From positions 64,001 to 128,000 of the forward strand of contig CAWIMJ010000012.1 in NCBI GenBank assembly GCA_963837175.1: a DNA stretch of 64,000 nucleotides, read 5' to 3'. Below, piece by piece: positions 9,304 through 20,368 of the stretch. The stretch comes from an uncultured Nitrososphaeraceae archaeon (GTDB lineage Archaea > Thermoproteota > Nitrososphaeria > Nitrososphaerales > Nitrososphaeraceae). The notes below the pieces were generated by a model. The model had not been told where the DNA came from. It saw only the letters and a program-made list of their open reading frames with translations, and did no database searches. Each line of letters begins with the position of its first letter. Positions within the stretch are counted from its first letter, which is position 1. The position numbers and the translations under genes were made by a program.

Positions 9304-11109
9304 ATGACTCTTTTTACAAAACCGAAGCTTGGATCGTGGAAATTGACAGATCTTATAGAAGATCCAAAGAAAACCCAATTTCAAGAATTTCTACAATATA
9401 TAGAAGCAATAGTAAAACAGCTTGAACTGAAACGCAAAGATCTTAATCCAAAGATTTCAGCAACAGATTTTGAAAATTTACTTCATTTGATTGAAGATAT
9501 ATCAGAAAAAGTCAATGTAGCTAGCGGTTATGCTTCTTTGAGATATGCTGCTGATACCTCTTCAAATGAGGCCGCTTCTCTTGTAACAAAAATGGAAATC
9601 ATGAGATCAAACATTACAAATAGGTTGTTATTCTTTGATTTATGGTTCAAAAAAGACATCGATGAGGAAAATGCCCGGCGTTTGATAAACTCAATACCTG
9701 CAGTTTATCAAGAATACCTTAAGCATAAACGATTACTTGCAAAGTACACCTTGACTGAATCCGAAGAGAAGATCATTAGTACATTGGAAGTCACAGGAGC
9801 AAATGCCCTTGTCAAGATCTATGATAGAATGACAAGTGGTTTTGAATTTGTTATGGCTGTTAAAAAAGGTAAGAAGGTTGTTAAAAAAATGTTTCCCAAT
9901 AAAGAAAAAATGCTTTCTCTTATCCGAAGTCCAAAACCGGAGGAAAGAGAAGCTGCATATAAATCACTATTGCATGTATATAAAAAAAATAGCGGGGTAT
10001 TAGGTGAAATATACCAAAATCTTGTAATTCAATGGTATGAAGAACACATATCCATGCGGGGCTTCCAATCCCCGATTTCAGCTCGAAATATTTCCAATAA
10101 CTTGGATGATACCACTGTAGAGACTCTTCTTTCAGTATGTAGAAGAAACTCTGTAGTTTTTCAAGACTATTTTAAAGAAAAAGCAAAGATGCTCGGTATT
10201 AAAAAACTTCAAAGATATCATCTATATGCGCCGCTGTCATTAAAAAACTCTGATCAAAAAAAATTTAACTATGAAAATGCCGTTGACATAGTACTTAAAA
10301 CATTCGAAGATTTTGACCCCCACTTTAGAAAATATGCTGAACGAGTTTTTCTAGAACAACATGTAGATTCTGAAATTAGAAGGAGTAAACTCGGAGGGGC
10401 TTTCTGCTATACTGTATCTCCTAAAAGAACTCCGTATGTACTGCTAAATTACAATGGGAAATCTAGAGATGTCTCTACAATGGCGCATGAATTTGGTCAT
10501 GCAATACATAGTATTGCAGCTTCTGATAAACCAATAATGGTATCTCACGCACCACTTCCATTGGCAGAGACAGCATCAGTATTTGCAGAAATGCTGCTAA
10601 ATGACAACTTGACTAAAAAAGTGACAAATAAAGAGAAGAAGATATTGATTGCCGAACAAATTGACGATATGTACGCTACAATAATGCGTCAAGCTTACTT
10701 TACTATATTTGAAATAGATGTGCATCGTGCTATTGTAGAAGAAAATGCTACGATAGACAAAGTATCAGAATTGTATTTAAGTAATTTGAATGAACAGTTT
10801 GGCAGTTCAGTAATTGTATCTCCAGATTTCCAATGGGAATGGGTGTATATTCCTCATATTTATCATACACCATTTTATTGTTATGCATATTCATTTGGAA
10901 ATCTATTAGTATTGTCTTTGTATCAACAGTTCAAAACAGAAGGAGAATCATTCATACCCAAATATTTTAAAATACTCTCGGCTGGAGGATTGAGGAAAAC
11001 TGAAGAATTACTTAAAGAATCTAGTATTGATATCTCAAAAGCTGAATTCTGGCAACAGGGCTTTGATTTAGTTACCAAAAAAATACAAGAGTTAAAGGAT
11101 ATGAATTGA
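9304..11109 (+). CDS. pepF: M3B oligoendopeptidase F
   Basis: HEFGH zinc motif, GGAFC, LAETASVFAE, HIYHTPFYCYAYSFG. Confidence 0.93.
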   Translation: MTLFTKPKLGSWKLTDLIEDPKKTQFQEFLQYIEAIVKQLELKRKDLNPKISATDFENLLHLIEDISEKVNVASGYASLRYAADTSSNEAASLVTKMEIMRSNITNRLLFFDLWFKKDIDEENARRLINSIPAVYQEYLKHKRLLAKYTLTESEEKIISTLEVTGANALVKIYDRMTSGFEFVMAVKKGKKVVKKMFPNKEKMLSLIRSPKPEEREAAYKSLLHVYKKNSGVLGEIYQNLVIQWYEEHISMRGFQSPISARNISNNLDDTTVETLLSVCRRNSVVFQDYFKEKAKMLGIKKLQRYHLYAPLSLKNSDQKKFNYENAVDIVLKTFEDFDPHFRKYAERVFLEQHVDSEIRRSKLGGAFCYTVSPKRTPYVLLNYNGKSRDVSTMAHEFGHAIHSIAASDKPIMVSHAPLPLAETASVFAEMLLNDNLTKKVTNKEKKILIAEQIDDMYATIMRQAYFTIFEIDVHRAIVEENATIDKVSELYLSNLNEQFGSSVIVSPDFQWEWVYIPHIYHTPFYCYAYSFGNLLVLSLYQQFKTEGESFIPKYFKILSAGGLRKTEELLKESSIDISKAEFWQQGFDLVTKKIQELKDMN

Positions 11110-11665
11110 TGGATAATTATTCTGTTTGATTCTCCAACAGGCGAAGAGAGAGAAAGTTAGTGGAATTTAAGAACAAATGAAAGAAAAGCTTCGATATAGT
11201 GCAGATAGTTAGATGTCAAGATAGTTCAGAGCGTGTTAGTTAGTAAGGAGATTGTCAAAATATCAAGTATATTTATAATTCTATTTTGAGAGGTTATAGA
11301 TAACGGAATTGACCCAAAAGATATACTTTAAGAGATCGAGCAGGAATAAGATGGTATTGAAGTTATTCAAAATCCATTAGAGCAAAACTATTCTTGAACA
11401 TTATTAAAGCCAATTTCATAGGACATAATCTTGAGATTCTGATACTTTACCGAGGACATTTTTCCCAGTTTGCTAGAAGATCAGAAAAAGGAATTGGATT
11501 ATTACCTCCAAAAGCAGCATTATTTCATAGTCATAAAATATGAGCAGAAACATTCTCTAGAATGGAAAAAAGGAAACTTTCTTTAAATGTACTCTGACTA
11601 TATTAATACAACATAATAGCGCAATTGAGAAGAGTGATAATAAACAATGTAAGAAACTACTTTAT

Positions 11666-11947
11666 TCAGCGCGGCCTGCAGAACCATAATTGTGTATAGC
11701 AATTATGGGAACTTAACTGAACTAGTTCCATTCCTGTTATTCTCTTAATTTTCTCTAATGATTTGGTATTTACAAAGAAATCATTTGTATTAAATATCAG
11801 AATTTCTTTATCATCATCAGGCAAATATTCAAAACCACAGTCTTTGGTACAGTCCAAAATATCCCATATCCATTCTTCGCATTCATCTATCGGCAGTAAT
11901 GAAGACGATGACTGTCTAGTTCTGTCCAAGTCGTTTTTATTATTCAA
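11666..11947 (-). CDS. Hypothetical protein
   Basis: 93-aa ORF with protein-like composition and a TATA-like AT tract upstream; no family recognised. Confidence 0.5.
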   Translation of the reverse strand: MNNKNDLDRTRQSSSSLLPIDECEEWIWDILDCTKDCGFEYLPDDDKEILIFNTNDFFVNTKSLEKIKRITGMELVQLSSHNCYTQLWFCRPR

Positions 11948-12248
11948 TAAACATTTAAATACATATACATAAGACAGTAGTTTTTTTATTTTGTATTCTG
12001 ATTGCGTGACAGTCTTTTTTAATATTTATATTTATATATTATATAGCGGTATAGTCCATTCATATTTGCAACAATTGCTTTTATTTGAAATACTAGATTG
12101 CTTAAATTATTGCTAAGCATATATATCTTGATCATATCTGAGACATTGTCTGTTTGTATCATCGCATCGGAAATTCCTTTCTAGATGTAGTAACATATCA
12201 ATCGAATGACAATTTATTTAAGCAATAAAAGCTACTTGTATAGATATC

Positions 12249-12371
12249 ATGTGCTTCGATTACGAAATCCCAGAAAAGCAGAAAATAAAGAACAGAAAGT
12301 TAGAGGAAGAAAGTATTGAAGTCGAACCAGAACTTGAAAAAGAAGAACGACCATTAATGGCTTCTGCTTAA
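12249..12371 (+). CDS. 40-aa acidic microprotein (below the ORF-track cutoff)
   Basis: MCFDYEIPEKQKIKNRKLEEESIEVEPELEKEERPLMASA*; TTTATTTAAG about 30 bp upstream and T-tracts downstream. Confidence 0.6.
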   Translation: MCFDYEIPEKQKIKNRKLEEESIEVEPELEKEERPLMASA

Positions 12372-13159
12372 AATAAGATTACTTTTTCTAATAGTTGTAC
12401 ACAAAAAAGCAAACAAACCCTCTTTTTGTTTTTTTACACATCAGTCAAAGATCAACATTAAGAATACAAATTAGCCATCTTAGACATTAAAAATACCATT
12501 TTTAAGTAATCTTTAGTACGATACTAACTACTGATGCCTATATAGATTTAATTATGACAAATTCTAGTTATTTGGTATTAATTTTCATTCCAAATTATAA
12601 ATGTCTTCTATTAACTGGAGAAAGCAAAATCATTTTCTCAACAATCTGAGAATATTTTATCAAAATTTTCTATGTATGGATTGTACAAAATATATAAAAC
12701 AAAGAATCCATTCTTAGATGAGTTCAGATCTCTACTTTAGTATTTCACTATAACCAAGTGCCTCATCAATTTTAGTTAAGAGATGAAAGATTTGATGTTC
12801 TCATGTCAAGTAATTCAGTAAGTTTTATGGTACTTACTGATTCCATACTATTCTTGCTGCTTTTCAAATCATGATGCTTTTGTAGCCTACATCAATTTTG
12901 AAAAAAGCCATAAAATATGCTTGAGACTATTTATGCTATTTATGCACTTTAAGACAGATAGAAAAAAAGAGAGCAAAGGGATTATGCAGTGGGTATACTA
13001 CCTATCATCTTCTTCTACTGCTACAGATCGTATTAGTGTTTATCATACTCATTATTATTCTACTTTATTATTATTATTATTATTATTGCATTGTCTTGTG
13101 AACTTGACGTTATATCCTTCTATATTTAGACATTCTATGACAACCGTCCCAATAGATAG

Positions 13160-13173
13160 CGAAAAGTTATAAT
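13160..13173 (+). promoter_or_regulatory. Putative archaeal BRE-TATA for the DoxX gene
   Basis: cgaaaag-ttataa about 35 bp upstream of ATG 13208. Confidence 0.45.
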
Positions 13174-13207
13174 CAATAAAAGATACATAGAATACTATAG
13201 AAATACA

Positions 13208-13645
13208 ATGACTTATCAAACTTTAACAAGCTTCGGTCCTCTTCCGATCAGAATACTAGCAGGGATTTCCTTTATAGCACATGGTTTACCTAAATTTTCA
13301 GACATAGCAGGTACTGGAGGATTTTTTGCTAGTGTAGGACTTCCAGCTGAACTTGCTCTTCCAATAGGACTTCTAGAAGTAATTGGTGGTATTGCTCTCC
13401 TTGTAGGAGTATTAACAAGAATAACAGCAGGTCTATTTATAATAGAAATGATTGGCGCAATACTTAATGTCAAATTGTCAAAGGGTTATGTAGGAGGATA
13501 CGAGCTAGATCTACTGTTAATTGCAATATCAATCAGTCTCCTATTGACTGGCCCAGGAAGAGTATCTATAGAACGAGACTTGTTAAAGCGAGAATTAATT
13601 CCAAAAGGAAAGGACCTAGTGCTCCAGCAACAACAACAACAGTAG
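13208..13645 (+). CDS. DoxX family membrane protein
   Basis: RILAGISFIAHGLPK, LEVIGGIALLVG, GGYELDL, TGPGRVSIE; poly-Q tail. Confidence 0.92.
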   Translation: MTYQTLTSFGPLPIRILAGISFIAHGLPKFSDIAGTGGFFASVGLPAELALPIGLLEVIGGIALLVGVLTRITAGLFIIEMIGAILNVKLSKGYVGGYELDLLLIAISISLLLTGPGRVSIERDLLKRELIPKGKDLVLQQQQQQ

Positions 13646-14220
13646 AAGCAATAATACCAGCGAACTATGCATCGATTACTAATTATTTTTATTTTTAATT
13701 TTTATCCCGATGACTATTATTCTCTACCTAACTCCGAGAAAACAAAACTCTCATTTGACTTGTTTTACTACTATATTAATCAGGGCAGGCATAGTCGTCT
13801 CATAACGTAATCGGTAAAATAGTTTAACATCTGTTAGACATCATTACACATGATGATAGGTGACATTAAAATCTTCTACGCAGTAGATGGAGATAATTTT
13901 CACCTTGCGACCTAATAATATTAGTAAAATGTATGCGTTATTTGTTAATTACCTAATCTGGATCATATCACACGTGACTAATATGAGCAATCATTATTGA
14001 CCATTTTAGATACTGCACATATTTCACTTATCATTCACAAGATGATTTAATTAAGCGTAGATTAGCAGATAAAGGCTTTCCCACATTAATCGTCTCAGGG
14101 TATCCATTTCAAACTATCAGAACAATCAATCGAAGGCATGTAAAGAAATGGACTGACATTATAAAAATACGCTTAAAAAAACAAGTGATAATCTATGAAC
14201 TTGATTGATATGTCAATTCT

Positions 14221-15354
14221 TCAAAAGATAATCCTAAATTCTAACGGTATATCCTTTATTATTCCACAATGACTGAGATAAATTTTGTTAAAGTATTTAA
14301 TTCCTGTCTGGATAGATATTTTGTAGAGAGATGCATGTTTTATAATGCCAAATCCTACAATATCATTTCTAAGTCCTAATCCTATAAACATGCCGTGAAG
14401 TCTGTATGGTGTTATTTGAGTCCATTTACCTAATTGTACAAAACCATGTATGTCTTTCAGTATTTTGGAATATGTTATTCCTTTGTATACAATTTTAATG
14501 CGCGTTATTCCTACAGTAACAATACGATGATTGTTATTATCTTTGCCATTAATATAACGAAGAAATTGATTTAACCTTCGCTGATTTCGTTCAATTCTGT
14601 TTTTTAGGGTTTTAGTGGGACCTTTATTATGTATAACGGGAGAAGAATATTTTGATCTGAAATTCTCGAATATAGCTTTCTCACCTAGACATATAACCAA
14701 ATCTGATCGCAACTTTTTTGCCATCTTTACTTTATAATTGATACCGTTATTCTGTATATAGCCATCAGTATTAATTATACATATATCACAATTAATTGTA
14801 ATTTTTTTAACAATTCGTTTGATGGCATTAATTGTGACATTTTCAAATCCTACTGGGCTAGTATTTCCAATAAATTCGAAGAATTGTGCCTCTATATTTC
14901 TGAGGTCCGTTATCGGCTTTTCAATTATTGTCCCTCCTATTGCAGCAGGTGGAGCCAGATCTCCTTGTCCCATGTCTGCATCAATAACTGCTGGTTTATG
15001 GCCTTTTTTAAGTGCCGAATTTACAATAAAAGTTGCAAGTGAGGACTTTCCTGTATCGATATCACCTAGCAATAATATTGTTCTAAATTTTTCAGTTAAA
15101 ATTTTGTTAACAATCTCCTTCCACATTGTTGTGCCAGCACTATATTGGTCCGCTATCCAACTTTCTCCACCTTGGTCTAAGGTTATGTTAATTTGGCAAT
15201 GTGAAGCAATCTCAAATGGCAAAATCTTACCATATCCCACTAATACATTGCTATCAGAGACATCTTTTCCTAAAACATAAGCAGTACCTACCAAAGTTAC
15301 TGAAGCAGGTCCTTTTACCATATAAATCCAAGGAGATATGCTATAGGCAAGCAA
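14221..15354 (-). CDS. Clp1/Grc3/Nol9-family polynucleotide 5'-OH kinase
   Basis: Walker A GDIDTGKSS, DADMGQGDL, INTDGY clasp, RxxRxxRR-like lid. Confidence 0.88.
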   Translation of the reverse strand: MLAYSISPWIYMVKGPASVTLVGTAYVLGKDVSDSNVLVGYGKILPFEIASHCQINITLDQGGESWIADQYSAGTTMWKEIVNKILTEKFRTILLLGDIDTGKSSLATFIVNSALKKGHKPAVIDADMGQGDLAPPAAIGGTIIEKPITDLRNIEAQFFEFIGNTSPVGFENVTINAIKRIVKKITINCDICIINTDGYIQNNGINYKVKMAKKLRSDLVICLGEKAIFENFRSKYSSPVIHNKGPTKTLKNRIERNQRRLNQFLRYINGKDNNNHRIVTVGITRIKIVYKGITYSKILKDIHGFVQLGKWTQITPYRLHGMFIGLGLRNDIVGFGIIKHASLYKISIQTGIKYFNKIYLSHCGIIKDIPLEFRIIF

Positions 15355-15863
15355 GTTTTGTATGTATATATTTTGTGAAATAATTTAGAAAGATATCAGA
15401 TTAAAGTCAAAATTCCTTTGTTTCTTCTAAGAATCATAGGTAGATAGAGAGGATATATATACATACGATATTGATGACCAGACCTTGTAGAGTATTTAAC
15501 ATGCGCAGCAAAAAGATGAAAATTTAATAATATAGGGAAAATACGGAAATATTGCCTATCAACTAAAGCCATGATCTGTCTTTCTATCCTTTGAATTTGT
15601 GACCAGGTTCATATCTCTATTTATTGTCCATATTAGTCTTTTGGAACTCTCCAATTGTAAAACGACGTATTTTATATTTCTAATGGTTTATACATATATA
15701 CATTTACATTCAGAATTAAAGTGGCAGTATGAATTTAATCAATCGATGAAACTGGCAAAACTTGTCAGCTGTATTGGACATACCGTCTATGTACTAATAA
15801 TAAACGATTCATGTCGTCATTCACGATAAAATTGATTATAAAGAGAAACCTACAGATACTATA

Positions 15864-16667
15864 TTAGATCCTAAAAAGATTCTTTGCATTCCTAAACATT
15901 ACCAGCTCTCTTAGTTTGGAACTGAGCTCAAGGTTTTGAACAAAATTAAGATAAGAACTCATATTAGAAATAGGCCAATCTGTTCCATATAAAAGATAAT
16001 GGGGTTCACCAGCATAATTCAATAGTTCTATCACTTTGCTAACAATGTATTTTTTAGAATATGAAGTAAAACTGCCGAAAACTAATCCTGAAATATCGGC
16101 ATAGACATTCTTGTTCTTATACAGGATTTCCTGACAATCAAGTATATACGGATTTCCCAAATGACACATTACTATCTTTAAATCAGGATTATCAACAGCA
16201 ACATCATCTATATTCAACGGATGCGAAAATCTAATCTTACCTTTACTTGAAAACGTATCTCCAGTATGAATCATGACTGGAACTCCAAATTCTACACACA
16301 TATCATACACCCTTTGATATCTTTTATCAAATGGATAGTGATGTTCGTATCCACAATAAAGCTTGAAACCTTTAATGAAACCCTCTTTTAACCATTCTCT
16401 ACACTTTCGATAATCTTCATCAGTATGATTATCAATTGAAAATCCAGCAACAACTCCAAGATTATCATGTTTTTTTATAACATCAAGTATTTGAGCTGTC
16501 GAAGGTCTATCCTCATTAACTTCATAAGATGATAGAATAATAGAATAATCAATATTGTTAGTAATCATGACATCTAGCAATGCCGTTAATCTTTTCTCTA
16601 GTGAAAGTTTATTTGTATACTCGTAATGGTTAAGATGTACATGACAATCTATAATGATAGATATCAC
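15864..16667 (-). CDS. Amidohydrolase_2 family metal-dependent hydrolase
   Basis: IDCHVH, PVMIHTG, VMCHLGNP, NVYADIS, LYGTDWP; GTG start overlaps the upstream TAG. Confidence 0.88.
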   Translation of the reverse strand: MISIIIDCHVHLNHYEYTNKLSLEKRLTALLDVMITNNIDYSIILSSYEVNEDRPSTAQILDVIKKHDNLGVVAGFSIDNHTDEDYRKCREWLKEGFIKGFKLYCGYEHHYPFDKRYQRVYDMCVEFGVPVMIHTGDTFSSKGKIRFSHPLNIDDVAVDNPDLKIVMCHLGNPYILDCQEILYKNKNVYADISGLVFGSFTSYSKKYIVSKVIELLNYAGEPHYLLYGTDWPISNMSSYLNFVQNLELSSKLRELVMFRNAKNLFRI

Positions 16668-17320
16668 TACCGATATTTAGGATTTAACCATTCGATGAAA
16701 CTAGCGTAATTCAGTGAGGGGCTGTCATAGATATAATTAGGGAGTATTTTAATAAATCTAAAGCCATTCTTTAACTGAAATGAAAGAACAGGGTCTTTTA
16801 GTTTGCCATTTATTATCTTTTGCGCGTATTCCATAGCTGACATTTTATCTGCGTATTCACAATAGTGGACCAGTCTACCTCCACCTATTATTCTCCTTAA
16901 ATTTAATTTTATTGCCAAGTCCTTTCTTATATTATAAAGCATTGTTGCTATCCCACGACATCGAAAATTAGGGTGAGTTGAGATATCATCTGCATAAAGA
17001 CTATCACCTTTAGGATTATGGCTGGTGATCTTTGGATCTCCAGCAATGTCATACCATGTATGCTCAGCGTATTCAGGTTGTAATGATATTATTAAACTAC
17101 ATGCGGATGCAACTATTCTTTCATTTAATTCTGCACAAAACTGACCTTCAGGAAATATGCGTATATGATTTTCAAGAAAGGAGGGAGCCGATATCATCCC
17201 GGCAGCCACATCAGGAAACGATTCCTTTTGTAAAGCGACTATTTGAGAAATGTCTTTTTGCTGAGTATTTCTAATAATAATTGCTGGCTGCATATTATCC
17301 AAAGTTCTGACACTATCCAT
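16667..17320 (-). CDS. GNAT N-acetyltransferase (YkwB-like)
   Basis: FPEGQFCAE, ISTHPNFRCRGIATML (motif A), IGGGRL, DPVLSFQLKNGF, NYASFIEWLNP. Confidence 0.88.
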   Translation of the reverse strand: MDSVRTLDNMQPAIIIRNTQQKDISQIVALQKESFPDVAAGMISAPSFLENHIRIFPEGQFCAELNERIVASACSLIISLQPEYAEHTWYDIAGDPKITSHNPKGDSLYADDISTHPNFRCRGIATMLYNIRKDLAIKLNLRRIIGGGRLVHYCEYADKMSAMEYAQKIINGKLKDPVLSFQLKNGFRFIKILPNYIYDSPSLNYASFIEWLNPKYR

Positions 17321-17537
17321 AAATTCTCTGATATAAAAGGTATATCCAAAGGTCCCATAAATGAATCTTCAATTAAATATTGAAGACACATATCAAGTAG
17401 TGTTCTAACCTCTTTTTATCCTTCATTTTTCGAAGTCATTGGTCACTAATCTTCTCAATAACTTCTCTACTTATTCTAGAATCTTTTTGTTTATAGGATT
17501 AGATTTCCCTGAGTAGCAGAGGTATGTGTTTTTACCA

Positions 17538-18188
17538 TTAGGCAAACCATTTTAACCAAAACAAATCATTATCAGGAGCAGAATCGACAAGATAATCAGG
17601 CGGTTTATTTAAAAAAGTATTGTTAACTCTGATCATTGTGCAAACCATGTAATTAAATGATGATGGGTTGCCTATGAAATATGGATCAATAAATACTTCA
17701 ACTTTGTTCTTTGGCATATCGGAGATTTTTGATAAAGGGAGAGTATATGAATTTCCAGTGTTATTAAAAATAGCCAAGTTCCAACCTACTACTTCAAACT
17801 TAGAATGTATTGCAAAATTTGGAATTAGCACTGAATAATACTGATCTTTTCCTGAGATGGAATTTGTATAATATATTACCCAAATATATACAGTCTCGTA
17901 CTTTTCATTTCTATTAGCATCACCTGCAAGTTCTATAGATAAGAGCAATTTATTGTCACTAACCTTCTTTACATTAGCAGTAAGAATATCATGATAGCCC
18001 TTAATCTCAGGAATTACATTTGTTCTGTAAAGCCTAACAAGCGAAGGGTCATCTCTAGCATCTTTAATAATTTTGTTAGTCAGTAATGATGGGATTACAG
18101 TAATTGACGATAAAGTCGATACTATTAATGAAATTAATACTGCTGAGATAAATGCAATTACCATAATGACAATAATGACAGATTGCAT
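17538..18188 (-). CDS. Membrane-anchored/secreted hypothetical protein
   Basis: N-terminal hydrophobic anchor followed by a beta-rich soluble domain. Confidence 0.7.
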   Translation of the reverse strand: MQSVIIVIMVIAFISAVLISLIVSTLSSITVIPSLLTNKIIKDARDDPSLVRLYRTNVIPEIKGYHDILTANVKKVSDNKLLLSIELAGDANRNEKYETVYIWVIYYTNSISGKDQYYSVLIPNFAIHSKFEVVGWNLAIFNNTGNSYTLPLSKISDMPKNKVEVFIDPYFIGNPSSFNYMVCTMIRVNNTFLNKPPDYLVDSAPDNDLFWLKWFA

Positions 18189-18316
18189 GTAAATGAGAAA
18201 AATAACTATTGTATAGATAAACTCTATTATAATTAGGTCCTGTCTATATGTTCAACTATTTATATGACATCTGAGAAATTACCTGAAGATACATTAGCAA
18301 AGTAGTGTCAAGGCGA

Positions 18317-18610
18317 TTAAACAGGGTATGCAAGTAATCCTTTTGTATGCGGTGAGTTTTCTGTTCTATTATTACTCTGCGAAAATAATTGGTCGCTATT
18401 TATAGTATTATTATCGATTAATCCTTCTGATAAATTTTTGGACCCACCTATAATATATTGTTTAGCCTTCTCGGCTATATTTTTTATTTCGGGAGAACTA
18501 TTAATTATTTTCTCTCCACCTTTGAAAACTCCTAAAACGAATGTTTGCCATCCTAAGCCTATAACGGATAAAATTAATACAGCTATTATTATCCATGTCA
18601 GTATCCCCAT
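18317..18610 (-). CDS. Small membrane-anchored hypothetical protein
   Basis: MGILTWIIIAVLILSVIGLGWQTF N-terminal helix. Confidence 0.65.
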   Translation of the reverse strand: MGILTWIIIAVLILSVIGLGWQTFVLGVFKGGEKIINSSPEIKNIAEKAKQYIIGGSKNLSEGLIDNNTINSDQLFSQSNNRTENSPHTKGLLAYPV

Positions 18611-18769
18611 AACTAAATAATATTGATTTTCCTTATTCTTTAAGATTATTAAGTATCATTATGAAATATCATTATAGTAGTTCCACTAGAACAAATTGCA
18701 ATCCATAGACAGGGTCAAATGCTAACACACTTATTCCTATGCCTAGTGAGTGAGTGATTGATCTGACAG

Positions 18770-18930
18770 GCCATACAAAGTTACTCTATGGTTAAAGCAG
18801 CAATCTCCTTTAGTTTTGTTATCGATCTGTGAGTGCTTGGTCTTTCTTTCCCATATCCACAATGATTTGTCTCTTAGTCATTCAATCAGTTGATACTGTT
18901 GTGGACCGTTTACTACTTGTTTCTGGCGTT
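18770..18930 (-). pseudogene. Short relic of a terminase/helicase-like gene N-terminus
   Basis: Manual translation QQYQLIE*LRDKSLWIWERKTKHSQIDNKTKGDCCFNHRV; the WIW...KGDCCFNH motif is recalled from Nitrososphaeraceae terminase-like proteins (unverified). Confidence 0.45.
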
Positions 18931-19062
18931 AAGAATAACTATACACTATATATATTATAATTCTTCTTGAGATAATGTATTTTACTATAAACTCTTATTT
19001 TATAATTTACTTATAATATTATTGATCAAACTATTTGGTCATAGTAACAAATTGGCAGTCAT

Positions 19063-19551
19063 ATGAGTACAGCTGCACAGAAAATTGTCAATTTTTGGTA
19101 TAGGTATGAAAATCTAAATCTGAAGATAACTTTTATCTTGATCTCTTTACAATTACTTCATTTATACTGGCTTACTACCGACGTAGTTCTTCAGCGAATA
19201 TACGGAGAAAGCTTCCTTATATTTCCCAAGGCTTTTTTACCTGTCTTTGTAGTCATAGACTATATTGAAATTCCTGCATTGATCTCAGGAATAACCTTTT
19301 ATTCTCTAAGCATTTACAAACACCAAAAGGATTCATGGAAGAATTCTTTATTTCTTGCAATGCTCGCAGTACAAGTGGTTCATATATTCTGGATAACTGA
19401 TGAAATAGTATATGATACATTGTTTAAAACTCGCTTGGTGGAATTTCCTTTATATATTGCATGGATCGCGATACTTATTGATTATCTGGAGTTACCAGTT
19501 ATGGCTGACTTATTTTACAAAATCATCAAAGGTGAAAAAAAGTGGCGCTAG
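19063..19551 (+). CDS. Hypothetical membrane protein (4 TM, internal duplication)
   Basis: Repeated QxxHxxWxTxxxV ... IDYxExP units in the two halves. Confidence 0.75.
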   Translation: MSTAAQKIVNFWYRYENLNLKITFILISLQLLHLYWLTTDVVLQRIYGESFLIFPKAFLPVFVVIDYIEIPALISGITFYSLSIYKHQKDSWKNSLFLAMLAVQVVHIFWITDEIVYDTLFKTRLVEFPLYIAWIAILIDYLELPVMADLFYKIIKGEKKWR

Positions 19552-20008
19552 GAATCTTGAGTGTATGTTTGCAGCAGGCGATTACAATTCCATTGGACTT
19601 GAACTAATGCTGGACCTTCAGTACCACTTGCAGTTAAGAAAATGTTTCTATATATTTATTTACCTGCTTACGTTGATATGCATGCTGCGACCACCATTGA
19701 GATCATAAATCCAAATGGTTGAAATCATAATACCCTTTATTATAGTTAATTTATTATGAACTCAGATTGATAATGGTTTTGACCGTACCAAATACACCAT
19801 TTAAAGGCTTTGTAAGCTTAGTAACTACGAGTCCACTTGAAAGAGATAATGGATGCACAAGAATTTTACAGGTAGCTTTGAAGCTGAAGATGAGAAATCC
19901 ACATCTGAAATGAAAAAAATTCTACAAGATAGCAATCAATTGAACTGTAAGAAAAGTATCTACATATACATTTTATGCAGATGATCTATAGATAACAATT
20001 GAATTACT

Positions 20009-20368
20009 ATGAGTGATGAAGAACTTCCACCTCCTTGGATAAGAGAGCAAGTATCGCGCTTACAACAAATTCAGCAGAATCTACAAGCAATTATGATGAA
20101 AAAACATCAAATTGAACAAGAGACTTCCGAGATAGAAAGAGTGATAGAAGAGATAAAAAAAATGGATGAAGATAATAAAGTATACAAAAATTACAATACT
20201 TTATGGATAAAGTCGAATAGAGAGAATATTTTAAGGGAACTTAAAGAAAAAAGAGATACATTAAATATAAGAATGGAGGTTGTTGAAAAACAAGAGAAAC
20301 GAGTCAGTGATAACTTAAAAGAAGTAGAGAATAAAATTATCAAAATGAGGACTTTAGATAATGACTAG
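20009..20368 (+). CDS. pfdB: Prefoldin beta subunit (divergent)
   Basis: ELPPPWIREQVSRLQQIQQNLQAIMM coiled coil, central KVYK hairpin, C-terminal coiled coil. Confidence 0.8.
   Translation: MSDEELPPPWIREQVSRLQQIQQNLQAIMMKKHQIEQETSEIERVIEEIKKMDEDNKVYKNYNTLWIKSNRENILRELKEKRDTLNIRMEVVEKQEKRVSDNLKEVENKIIKMRTLDND

Noticed and set aside
13064-13087. (TTA)n microsatellite, also at about 23484-23530, and the poly-Leu ORF 12921-13172
   Set aside because: Ordinary slippage in AT-rich spacers; the ORF is probably spurious.
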